Shown one piece after another: positions 48,699 through 57,134 of a stretch of 64,000 bases of DNA. The translations under genes were made by a program, and so were the position numbers. The number at the start of each line of letters is the position of its first letter. Position 1 is the stretch's first letter. The notes beneath the pieces were generated by a model. The model did not search any database. It had not been told where the DNA came from and worked only from the letters and a program-made list of their open reading frames with translations. The stretch comes from Candidatus Aenigmatarchaeota archaeon (GTDB lineage: Archaea; Aenigmatarchaeota; Aenigmatarchaeia; Aenigmatarchaeales; JACQIB01), in assembly GCA_016198755.1 (NCBI GenBank), contig JACQIB010000001.1:64001-128000 (forward strand), in the 5' to 3' direction.

Positions 48699-49940
48699 AT
48701 GCTTGAATTAGCAAGGAAGATTCTGCAGCAGTCAGTCTGTTTAAACTGTTTAGGCAGGCAGTTTTCACAGCTTCTGTCAGGTTTTACAAACAGGGAGCGC
48801 GGAACCTTTATTCTCTCTGCTATTGCTCTTGGAATAGATTCCGGTAAGGTTACTATAGATGGGTTGGCTCCGGAAAACTTTCTGGGCTTCCGCTTCCGCC
48901 ATAACAAGGATTTCAATTCTCTTGTGGAAAAAGCAGAAGAAAAGGAATGTTCCCTCTGTTTTGGGTTTTTTGAGAATATAGGTAAATTCTCAGGCAGGGT
49001 TGCAACGCGTTTGAAAGGCATTGATTTTCAGACATTTTTGGTTGGAACACAGCTTTCTGAAAACCTTTTGCAAGCAGAGGAAAGGCTTTGGGAAAAAACA
49101 GGAATAGATTACTGCGAACCCTTAAGAGCTGAAATAAACAGGGAAGTTGGAAAACAGATAGAAAAAATTATAGGAAAGCACGCAGACCTGAAAAAGCCTG
49201 ATATTTCAATTCTGCTTGATCTCCAGAATAACAGGATAAAACTCCAGACAAATCCATTCTTCCTTTTCGGTTATTACAAGAAACTAAAGCGCGGTTTCCC
49301 GCAGTGTAAATGGGGCACACCCAGAAAATACAAAACCTCAGTTGAAGAGGAGATAGGAAGGCCGTTGTTAAAACTTACAAATGGAGGAGACCACAAGTTT
49401 CATGCAGCTGGAAGAGAGGATATTGATGCGCGCTGTTTAGACTGGAGAGCATTTGTTGTTGAAATAGACAGGCCAAAATTAAGGGAAATTGACTTAAAAA
49501 AACTGGAAAAACAGATAAAAAAGGGCAAAAGGGTTTTGGTAAGCGGCCTAAGACATTCTGATATGGAAATAGTTAGAAAAATAAAGAAAGCAGCACCAGA
49601 TAAAACCTACAGAGCTCTTGTACAATTAGACATACCTGTAGGAAAGAAAGAGCTGAAAAATATGAACAAGCTTTTGGGAAAAATAGAGCAGAGAACACCT
49701 GAAAGGGTTTTACACAGGAGAGCTGATTTGCTCCGCAGCAGGGAAGTGAAATCCCTGAAATGGAAACTAAAGGGTAAAAAATCTATGGAACTTGTTGTAA
49801 AGGGAAGTGCAGGCCTATATATCAAAGAACTTATTTCCGGTGATAACGGCAGAACTGTCCCTTCAGTTTCTGAACTTTTGGGCTGCAGCGCAAAGTGCAA
49901 AGAATTGGATGTTGTTAAAATAGAGAAAATCAAGCTATAG
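48699..49940 (+). CDS. pus10: tRNA pseudouridine 54/55 synthase Pus10
   Basis: C..CLGR, AGREDIDAR, QRTP.RV.HRR, GLYIKELISGD.GRT. Confidence 0.95.
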   Translation: MLELARKILQQSVCLNCLGRQFSQLLSGFTNRERGTFILSAIALGIDSGKVTIDGLAPENFLGFRFRHNKDFNSLVEKAEEKECSLCFGFFENIGKFSGRVATRLKGIDFQTFLVGTQLSENLLQAEERLWEKTGIDYCEPLRAEINREVGKQIEKIIGKHADLKKPDISILLDLQNNRIKLQTNPFFLFGYYKKLKRGFPQCKWGTPRKYKTSVEEEIGRPLLKLTNGGDHKFHAAGREDIDARCLDWRAFVVEIDRPKLREIDLKKLEKQIKKGKRVLVSGLRHSDMEIVRKIKKAAPDKTYRALVQLDIPVGKKELKNMNKLLGKIEQRTPERVLHRRADLLRSREVKSLKWKLKGKKSMELVVKGSAGLYIKELISGDNGRTVPSVSELLGCSAKCKELDVVKIEKIKL

Positions 49941-50463
49941 GTTTTACTTCCAGCGCCTCCATTAAAGAGTCCACATCAGCTTTTGTCTGCTCTTCCGTAT
50001 AGTTATTGTCTATCCCAAAATCAGGATCTATGGAATCTATAAGTTTCTCTGAAGGAGCATTGTCTATTGCCTCAAAGGTTTTGAAATCTATACCATCCCT
50101 TTTAGAAACCCTCTCAAACCTTGTTTTTGCGTTGCAGTCAATATAGATTATTTTCGCTCCCTTAGCTTTCAGAGCCTCAGCCTCTTCAATACTCCTGATA
50201 CCATTAAAAACAGCCCTTTCCTTCGCTCTTTCAAGAGCCCTCTTAGCTAGAACATCTCCCCCAAACCGTTTCCTCATTTCCTCCCCCATAGCCTGTAAAT
50301 TCTCCCTATTTTTATCCTTTCCCTCTCTCTCCAATTCCTCTCTTATAATATCGCTGAATCTTATAACCACAAACCCATACTTTTCTTTCAGATAGATGGC
50401 TACAGCATCTTTACCGCATCCTATCCTTCCAACAAGACCAACGAATACTGTTTCTTTTATCAT
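49930..50463 (-). CDS. P-loop NMP/dephospho-CoA kinase-like protein
   Basis: GRIGCGKD, GIRS..E, R.ERVSKR. Confidence 0.8.
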   Translation of the reverse strand: MIKETVFVGLVGRIGCGKDAVAIYLKEKYGFVVIRFSDIIREELEREGKDKNRENLQAMGEEMRKRFGGDVLAKRALERAKERAVFNGIRSIEEAEALKAKGAKIIYIDCNAKTRFERVSKRDGIDFKTFEAIDNAPSEKLIDSIDPDFGIDNNYTEEQTKADVDSLMEALEVKPIA

Positions 50464-50516
50464 CCCAAAGAATAATAGGAGAAGGTTTATAAGCCTTCCC
50501 AACAATTTACTTGCCT

Positions 50517-50795
50517 ATGGTATCAAAGTCACATGGACCGCAGCATAAGACAAGGGAGAAGTTTAGGAACCCAGCGAAATTAAGGGTCACAGACTACATC
50601 AAAAGTCTTAAATCAGGTGATGTAGTAGCTCTGGTTGTAAACAGCTCCTCACAGAAAGGCAGACCTTTCCGCAGGTTTCATGGTTTAACAGGAAAAGTTT
50701 TGAGGGCACAGGGCCGCTCTTTTGTTGTAGAAGTCTATGACGGGGATATGCGCAAGCAGGTAATAGCCCGCCCAGAGCACATCAAAAAGCTCTAA
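50517..50795 (+). CDS. rpl21e: 50S ribosomal protein L21e
   Basis: KGRPFRRFHGLTG, RPEH. Confidence 0.95.
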   Translation: MVSKSHGPQHKTREKFRNPAKLRVTDYIKSLKSGDVVALVVNSSSQKGRPFRRFHGLTGKVLRAQGRSFVVEVYDGDMRKQVIARPEHIKKL

Positions 50796-50839
50796 AATCA
50801 ATCTTTTAATCCTTTTCTTTACTACAATCCTCGGTTAAA

Positions 50840-51538
50840 ATGTCAACATATGAGCTATTAGTAGATAAGAAACCTGTAAGTGCTGCACTTCCGGCTACAA
50901 TGATGAAAATTGAAAATATTTCCCTTCAAGTGTCGCCAAAAGAAAAATGGGATGAAGATGAGCAGAGAAAATTTGAAGATGTAAGTATTTCTGTATTTGA
51001 ACTCAGTGTTTCTGATAGCCCACAACCTCCTGCTTTTATAAGAAGCAGGGAACAGCTGGCAAGAAGGGTTGCTTCTATTGGACCAGAGGGAGTTGATATG
51101 GGAGAATTAACAGGCCTAATTCACGAAGGAAAAAAGGAATTTTCCACAGCACCGAATGAAAATAAGGTTTATGATATGTTTGTTATGGGTAAGTCCAGAA
51201 GCGGCATAAGAAATCGTGTGGGCTTTATGAGATGGTCAAAAGAAAGTTATGGAAATTCTCCCCTGTTAAATGTTGAGGAAGCCAAATACCTTGTTCTGGA
51301 AAGCCTTGGAATTGAACAAAAAAGTGTTAGTGGTGTGCGTGCACAAGTAGGCATTGCAAGAATGCGCTACCCAAATGGTGTTGTTTTCCCTGGAATATGT
51401 TTTGCATACGATAACAATAGGCATAGTGGACTTTCTTTATTTAGTTATTCTCTGCTTAATGCCAATTGCCTATTAGACGGCAGAATAGCGCATAGTTCTA
51501 GACATATGCTACCCTCTCCTCCACAATTGGCAGCATAG
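50840..51538 (+). CDS. hypothetical protein
   Basis: 232-aa ORF. Confidence 0.5.
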   Translation: MSTYELLVDKKPVSAALPATMMKIENISLQVSPKEKWDEDEQRKFEDVSISVFELSVSDSPQPPAFIRSREQLARRVASIGPEGVDMGELTGLIHEGKKEFSTAPNENKVYDMFVMGKSRSGIRNRVGFMRWSKESYGNSPLLNVEEAKYLVLESLGIEQKSVSGVRAQVGIARMRYPNGVVFPGICFAYDNNRHSGLSLFSYSLLNANCLLDGRIAHSSRHMLPSPPQLAA

Positions 51539-51576
51539 GAGTCCATTTAAATTCTCTTTTTCCCTATTCTAGCAAC

Positions 51577-51740
51577 GCGGGGGTGGCCCAGCTAGGTCAA
51601 AGGCGCTAGGTTGAGGGCCTAGTCGGTTAGTCCGTACGTGAGTTGCGCGCAGCGCACACGAATTCAAAGGAGGAGAAACTACGTATCTCCTTCCAACCTC
51701 TCCCTTTGAGAGTGGACTGAAAATCTCACCCCCCGCACCA
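51577..51740 (+). tRNA. tRNA-Leu(GAG) with introns at 53/54 (51643-51662) and 59/60 (51669-51723)
   Basis: CTAGG-TTGAGGG-CCTAG, long variable arm, BHB central helices CGTG/CACG and TTCA/TGAA, ACCA end. Confidence 0.88.
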
Positions 51741-51796
51741 TCTGCTGGCAAAACAAAAGTTGTGGCTTTAAAAGGTTTTGTTTTCAATGCAACACT

Positions 51797-52336
51797 ATGG
51801 CACCCAAGAAACTTGTACAAGTTCATATAGGACTCCATAAACCCCGTCAATATAAAGAGTATAGAGTGTTTTACATACCAAACCCTCTAAGCGATTTTAG
51901 CATGGGCGGTTGTTATGCCCCCGCTTCTACAATTGAAGAGTTTGAAGACACTGTAGTGAGAGGTACACCTGCACTTATATCTGATGTGCGCCCTCCGTTT
52001 ATAGCAAGCTTTGCCTATTCCCTTATACATGATAGTGACGTGGCTGTGACAGCATACCCTCATTTAGTTATAAGAGAAGTTTTTGGAAAGGGCTCTTATC
52101 CCCACTGGAGAGGGTTGGGTGATAGGCTGGGGGGAAGGACGAGTATCTTAAAGCTTTCAGAAAAAACAGGTGCTGGTGTTCCACAAAGACCAGGAGTTTT
52201 AACAGAAAGAGATGTAAAGATAGATTATATGGAGCCAGATCAACCTCAGCAGCCTATAAATCCAAATGAGTGGGAAATGGTTCCAGTTAGCGGGAATATG
52301 GTGGAGTTCAGGCCACGCAGGCTGGGCCCGCAGTAA
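51797..52336 (+). CDS. hypothetical protein
   Basis: 179-aa ORF. Confidence 0.45.
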   Translation: MAPKKLVQVHIGLHKPRQYKEYRVFYIPNPLSDFSMGGCYAPASTIEEFEDTVVRGTPALISDVRPPFIASFAYSLIHDSDVAVTAYPHLVIREVFGKGSYPHWRGLGDRLGGRTSILKLSEKTGAGVPQRPGVLTERDVKIDYMEPDQPQQPINPNEWEMVPVSGNMVEFRPRRLGPQ

Positions 52337-52428
52337 TCATTCTGCAAAGCAAGTCCAACAGGTTTATAAGGGCACATTATTAAACAAAAATAGATAACTT
52401 TATATATACTTGTGCCCATACAATAAAT

Positions 52429-53370
52429 ATGGTTTACTTAGAAAATATCGAAAGGGGAGGCAAGACCTATTACTATATTACTAAGAATATTAGAGTCGGT
52501 GATAAAAAATGGAAGAAAATAAGAAAGTATATAGGCAATAAGCCTCCCTCAAAGGAACAGACAAAAAAAGCGGTTGGAGAGATTGAAAAAGAGGCGTTAA
52601 AAAAAGGCTTCATGAAGCCGGCTTCTAAATATGTTTATTTGAGCAACGAGGAAGCAGAGAAGCTGCAGGATTTGAAAGAGGTTTTTAACAAATGGTACGG
52701 AAAACTGAGTGCCATAGAGATAAAAAAATATGAAGATGACTTTGTTGTAAGATTTACGTATAACTCAAATGCTATTGAAGGAAACCGTTTAAGCCTTCGT
52801 GAAACAAGCATGATTTTAACAGAGAACATAATACCTGCTGGTGCCACTCCCAATGATTACAATGAAGCCATAAACTCAAAGGATTGTTACGAATTCATGA
52901 AAGTATATAGTGGAGAGTTTAATCAGAAATTTTTACTGAAAATCCACGAATTGCTTACAAAGAACACTAACTGCAAAATTATAGGCAATTATAGGGATCA
53001 TGAAGTCAGGATTTCCGGCTCTGACTGGGTTCCTCCTGCTCATGAAAAGATTAGAGAAGAGATGAGAAAAGTTTTCCAGTGGTACTATTTTGCCAGAAAG
53101 AAACTGCATCCTGCTGAATTGGGCGCTATTTTGCACAATAAATTAGTAAGAATCCACCCATTTGCTGATGGTAATGGCAGAACATCAAGAGTTATAATGA
53201 ACTGGATACTGATGAAGAATAAATTTCCAGTGTTTTATGTAGAACTACGAGATAAAATCAAATATTATGAAGCTGTTGAAGAAGGAGATAAAGGCAATGA
53301 CAAAGCAATAGTACATTATATTGCAAAAGTGCTGATGGAACAGTATACGTTTAAGTCAAATGGAAGATAG
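52429..53370 (+). CDS. Fic-family protein
   Basis: SNAIEGN inhibitory motif, HPFADGNGRTSR. Confidence 0.93.
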   Translation: MVYLENIERGGKTYYYITKNIRVGDKKWKKIRKYIGNKPPSKEQTKKAVGEIEKEALKKGFMKPASKYVYLSNEEAEKLQDLKEVFNKWYGKLSAIEIKKYEDDFVVRFTYNSNAIEGNRLSLRETSMILTENIIPAGATPNDYNEAINSKDCYEFMKVYSGEFNQKFLLKIHELLTKNTNCKIIGNYRDHEVRISGSDWVPPAHEKIREEMRKVFQWYYFARKKLHPAELGAILHNKLVRIHPFADGNGRTSRVIMNWILMKNKFPVFYVELRDKIKYYEAVEEGDKGNDKAIVHYIAKVLMEQYTFKSNGR

Positions 53371-53572
53371 TTCAGCGAGAAAAATGAAATCACCCACAAA
53401 AATACGGCATTATAGAATCAGGCCGCGCAGAAAGGCATAGAGACCATATGGGTTTATAAAGGCTGCTTTCCCAGTATAGGGAAGTGAGGTAGAGAGTAGT
53501 TTTGATTTCTATATGAGTTTCAAATATAACATACTTCTCGAATGAGAAAATTTAAAATAGGGGGTGAAAATA

Positions 53573-53719
53573 ATGCCATTCAATCGCGACTTTGGTCCAA
53601 GGGAAATGCACAAAGCAGTTTGTTCAGAGTGCAAGAAGGATACTGAGGTTCCTTTCAAGCCATCTGGTGACAGACCTGTTTATTGCAAGGATTGTTTCCA
53701 GAAGCACAAGAAATTCTAA
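53573..53719 (+). CDS. CxxC-x17-CxxC small zinc-finger protein
   Basis: Hand-translated PREMHKAVCSEC..EVPFKP..DRPVYCKDC; GGGGGTGA RBS. Confidence 0.85.
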   Translation: MPFNRDFGPREMHKAVCSECKKDTEVPFKPSGDRPVYCKDCFQKHKKF

Positions 53720-53756
53720 TTCCACATCAGGAGTTTGAATTTAACAATCCATTTTC

Positions 53757-54815
53757 ATGGGCTTTAGTTTTTATATGCCCAGCCAATTAATTAATATTAA
53801 GCAAAGTAATCATATTATTATGATTAACATTGATTTTTTGCCAGATTCACCCAAAATACCCTTCAAAAATTACCTTGAAGATATACAGATAAAAAGAAAG
53901 CGTGGGAGTGATTCTATAAGATTTTATAATGTAAGAGATTATTTTTTAAATCTTATAAATAAGAGCGGAATAAAAAGAAGAAAAATATACGAAATGCTAG
54001 ATGTAAATAGGACTACATTCAATAATTGGATAGGTAAATCTAAAAAAGATGTCGGCATACCTATACAATATGCTCTAACATTGCTACAAATGTTTGGTAT
54101 GGGAAAGGATGATATATTATTTAAAAATGTTAATATTTACTACGGTTGTACAAATTCTAATAAATATAAATTGCCAACGGATATGACGCCTAAGCTAGCC
54201 TATCTAATAGGACAAATAATGGGTGACGGCCACTTATCAAATCCAAAAGATCTTATATCAAACGGATCTTTATATAATGCAGAGATAAGAATTACGAAGG
54301 GTGAAATAAAACAACTCAGATTGTTGACATCTATATTTTATGATATTTTTCATTATAAACCACCTATTTTCAGGGAAAAATCGTTTTATAGACTTGTAGC
54401 GCGATCAAAAGTTATTCACAGATTTTTGCATATCGTATGCGCCATACCAAGCGGTAATAAGAAAAACAAAACCTATATACCAGATATGATAATTAAAAAA
54501 GATGATTTTATAAAATGTTTTATTGGAGGATTTTTTGATTCTGATGGTTGCATAGTAGTTAAAAATAAAAATATTCGTGTGATTTCAATGAAACAGCATA
54601 ATATAAAAATCCTTCTCGATATCAAACATCAGCTTAAAAAATTTGGTATAAATATATCTGGCATATACAAAGATAGAGGAGTAAGAAACGGAACATCTAC
54701 ACTAAATTATGTTCTCAACATAGGTAGAGATGAAGAAAAACAAAAGTTTATAAAGATCATACCGTCTCTAAAGGTTATGGAGGTGTCGCGATTATATGGA
54801 AAATTTAGCATCTAA
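53757..54815 (+). CDS. free-standing two-motif LAGLIDADG homing endonuclease with N-terminal HTH-like segment (start may be 53820)
   Basis: LAYLIGQIMGDG and FIGGFFDSDG; no intein splicing termini; visibly AT-rich. Confidence 0.85.
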   Translation: MGFSFYMPSQLINIKQSNHIIMINIDFLPDSPKIPFKNYLEDIQIKRKRGSDSIRFYNVRDYFLNLINKSGIKRRKIYEMLDVNRTTFNNWIGKSKKDVGIPIQYALTLLQMFGMGKDDILFKNVNIYYGCTNSNKYKLPTDMTPKLAYLIGQIMGDGHLSNPKDLISNGSLYNAEIRITKGEIKQLRLLTSIFYDIFHYKPPIFREKSFYRLVARSKVIHRFLHIVCAIPSGNKKNKTYIPDMIIKKDDFIKCFIGGFFDSDGCIVVKNKNIRVISMKQHNIKILLDIKHQLKKFGINISGIYKDRGVRNGTSTLNYVLNIGRDEEKQKFIKIIPSLKVMEVSRLYGKFSI

Positions 54816-55507
54816 AGGTATACACATAGCTATCATCCCGGACGGAAAATAAGGCCGGAAACCGGAGATGGGCTGAGAAAAGGGGGAAGCCCCGCTGGTG
54901 GGGCCATATACATGGGGCAAAGAAGCTGGAAGATGTATCTTCATGGTGTGCAGATCACCCTGAAATAAAAACAGTTTCAGTTTATGCGCTTTCAACTGAA
55001 AATCTTGGCAGGGACTCCGCAGAATTGAATAAGCTTTGGACAATCTATAAAGATGAGTTTGGAAAACTGATGAAAGATAAAAGTACAAAGAAAAACCAGC
55101 TTCGGGTAAATATAGTAGGAAACACAAATGCATGGAGAGCTGATGTAAAACAGGCTGCAAAGGATGTAATGAACACAACAAAGCAGTATACTAACAGGGT
55201 TTTAAACATAATGCTTGCCTATGGCAGCAAGTTCGAGATTGTAGAGGCAGCCCGTTCAACCTTTAATAAAGGGGTTAAAATAGTGCCTTCCGTGGAAAAG
55301 CTTTTCAATCAATTCCTTTTGATTCCAGAGCCAGTTGATTTGGTTATAAGAACAGGAGGGCAGAGAAGGCTTTCCAACTTTTTGCTATGGCAGGCTGCTT
55401 ATGCAGAACTTTACTTTACAGATACTCTCTGGCCAGATTTATCAAGGAAAGAGTTTGAAAAAATCCTGCGCTGGTATACTGGCCAGAAGAAAAAGTTCGG
55501 CCTCTAA
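54796..55507 (+). CDS. uppS: undecaprenyl/polyprenyl diphosphate synthase interrupted by a 13-nt putative intron
   Basis: HIAIIPDG^NRRWA, YALSTEN, YGSK.E, DLVIRTGG.RRLSNFLLWQ..YAEL.F...WPD; GGAGGTG RBS. Confidence 0.85.
54848..54860 (+). other. putative 13-nt BHB-type mRNA intron
   Basis: AATAAGGCCGGAA; removal restores frame and the DGN motif; relaxed BHB fold. Confidence 0.65.
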
Positions 55508-57066
55508 ATTCCTCTCAGTTTCTCTGCAATTTTATCTTTTCCTAATGCAAGTATAAGTGTTGAGAGCTTTGGTCCGGCTTCCTTTCCTGTTATTGACATG
55601 TAAGCTGAGCGGAAAAACTCCCTCGGGTTTCCGCTTTCTTTAGAAAGCTCAAAAATCCTGTTTTGTAATTTTTCTTCAGTCCAGTCTTTCCCAAGTTCTG
55701 AGGCAAGCTTCTGTAGAAAAGCTTTTTGGTTCTCAGGAACAGAAGCAACTTCAACCTCCCCACCCGTATCTTTAATCCATTCTATAACCCTTCCAATTCT
55801 CTCTTCCAGAACTTTTTTATTTCCTCCTATATGTCCGGTTTTTTCCATTTCTTTCCAGACAACCGAAAACTCTGGAACAGGTCTCGCAATATTTATTATA
55901 GTGCTGTATTGTACAATAGGCTGGAATTTTTTCGGGGGTTTTAGGAAGTGGATAAATTCAAACAGCCTGCGTGCATGGGCTAAATCAGTTTTGTTTTCAA
56001 TTAATTTTTTCCCAAAATATATGCCTGCAAGCTCGTCTACCTCTTCCTCATAAGCAGGTATAGCATCCAGATCTATTACCCTGCTCTTTCCAAGTTTTTT
56101 CAGATAAACAAGCTTCATACTCTCTGGGCTTGCATACTTTAACCATAGCTGTGGTGTGAAAACATTTCCGGAACTCTTTGAAATCTTCTCTCCTCCCCTC
56201 TCAGTAAATAATTCATAGAAAGAATGTACTGGAGGTTCCCACTGCAAAATTTCCTTGCAAATAGCATCATTTACTCTTACAGAATCTGATATATCCTTCC
56301 CATAAGCCTCATAATTTATTTTCAGAGCCCTCCAGCGTGCTGCAAAATCCACTTTCCATGCCAGCTTCCCTTCCCTTATCCCTTCAGTTCCCTCAAATCC
56401 ACACCCCTTTACTAAAATCTTTTTTCCTGTTCCGGAATTTTTACCTTCATATTCAACATCACACTTGTAAGTTACTTTTTTACCATCAAATGAAACTGCG
56501 CGCGTTGTGCAGACATTTCCGCATTGCGAACAGATAGGAAGGAATGGCAATTGTAACTCAAACTTTTCCTGTCCGGTTAATTTTTTTATTATTTCCCCCG
56601 CCATTTTCCAGTTTTTAAGTATATCCACAATTTCTTTATCCAAAGTTCCTTTAGCGTACTCTTTATCAGCACTGCGGAAAACAAAATCAATTCCAAGTTT
56701 TTCATAAGCATCCATTAACAGCGAGCTCATATGCTCAGCATAGCTTTTATGGCAGCCAAATGGATCCGGTATATGTGAAACAGGTATTCCAATTTCTTTC
56801 TCGAGTATATCAGGGAAGCCCGAAGGTACTTTTCTCAATCCATCCCTGTCATCTGAAAAAGCAATGAATTCAGACTTTGCACCCCTTTCCTTAAGTGCCA
56901 AGTGTACAACAAAACTTCTGACACCATCCCCAACAGAGCCTATATGCGGAATGCCAGAGGCTCCTATACCCATCTCTGTTCTGTAAGACTTTACTCTCTT
57001 TAACTTCTCTTCCTTCTCAATTATTTCTTCTGCAGCTTTATCAGCCCAAAATATGTTATCTCCCAT
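55504..57066 (-). CDS. lysS: lysyl-tRNA synthetase, class I
   Basis: FWAD, ASGIPHIG, DDRDGLRKVP, GKLAWKVDF..RW, KISKSSGN. Confidence 0.95.
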   Translation of the reverse strand: MGDNIFWADKAAEEIIEKEEKLKRVKSYRTEMGIGASGIPHIGSVGDGVRSFVVHLALKERGAKSEFIAFSDDRDGLRKVPSGFPDILEKEIGIPVSHIPDPFGCHKSYAEHMSSLLMDAYEKLGIDFVFRSADKEYAKGTLDKEIVDILKNWKMAGEIIKKLTGQEKFELQLPFLPICSQCGNVCTTRAVSFDGKKVTYKCDVEYEGKNSGTGKKILVKGCGFEGTEGIREGKLAWKVDFAARWRALKINYEAYGKDISDSVRVNDAICKEILQWEPPVHSFYELFTERGGEKISKSSGNVFTPQLWLKYASPESMKLVYLKKLGKSRVIDLDAIPAYEEEVDELAGIYFGKKLIENKTDLAHARRLFEFIHFLKPPKKFQPIVQYSTIINIARPVPEFSVVWKEMEKTGHIGGNKKVLEERIGRVIEWIKDTGGEVEVASVPENQKAFLQKLASELGKDWTEEKLQNRIFELSKESGNPREFFRSAYMSITGKEAGPKLSTLILALGKDKIAEKLRGI

Positions 57067-57134
57067 ACTATTTCTCTTGGGAATTTACATATAAAAAGCG
57101 CAGCTTTAAAAGCTCTTTACAACAAGATAGCAGA

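Noticed and set aside
51720-53400. Integrated element bounded by a tRNA-Leu 3' repeat
   Set aside because: Only a weak AAATCACCC-like match near 53387 and no integrase
53757-54815. LAGLIDADG ORF as an intein or intron-encoded ORF
   Set aside because: No N-terminal Cys/Ser block or C-terminal HN, own stop codon, and no interrupted host gene or RNA flanking it
55025-55507. 160-aa ORF as the complete uppS, or uppS as a simple pseudogene
   Set aside because: It lacks the catalytic N-terminus, which is present upstream; the only lesion seen is the BHB-excisable 13 nt. A CGGAAA duplication or assembly artefact is disfavoured but not excluded
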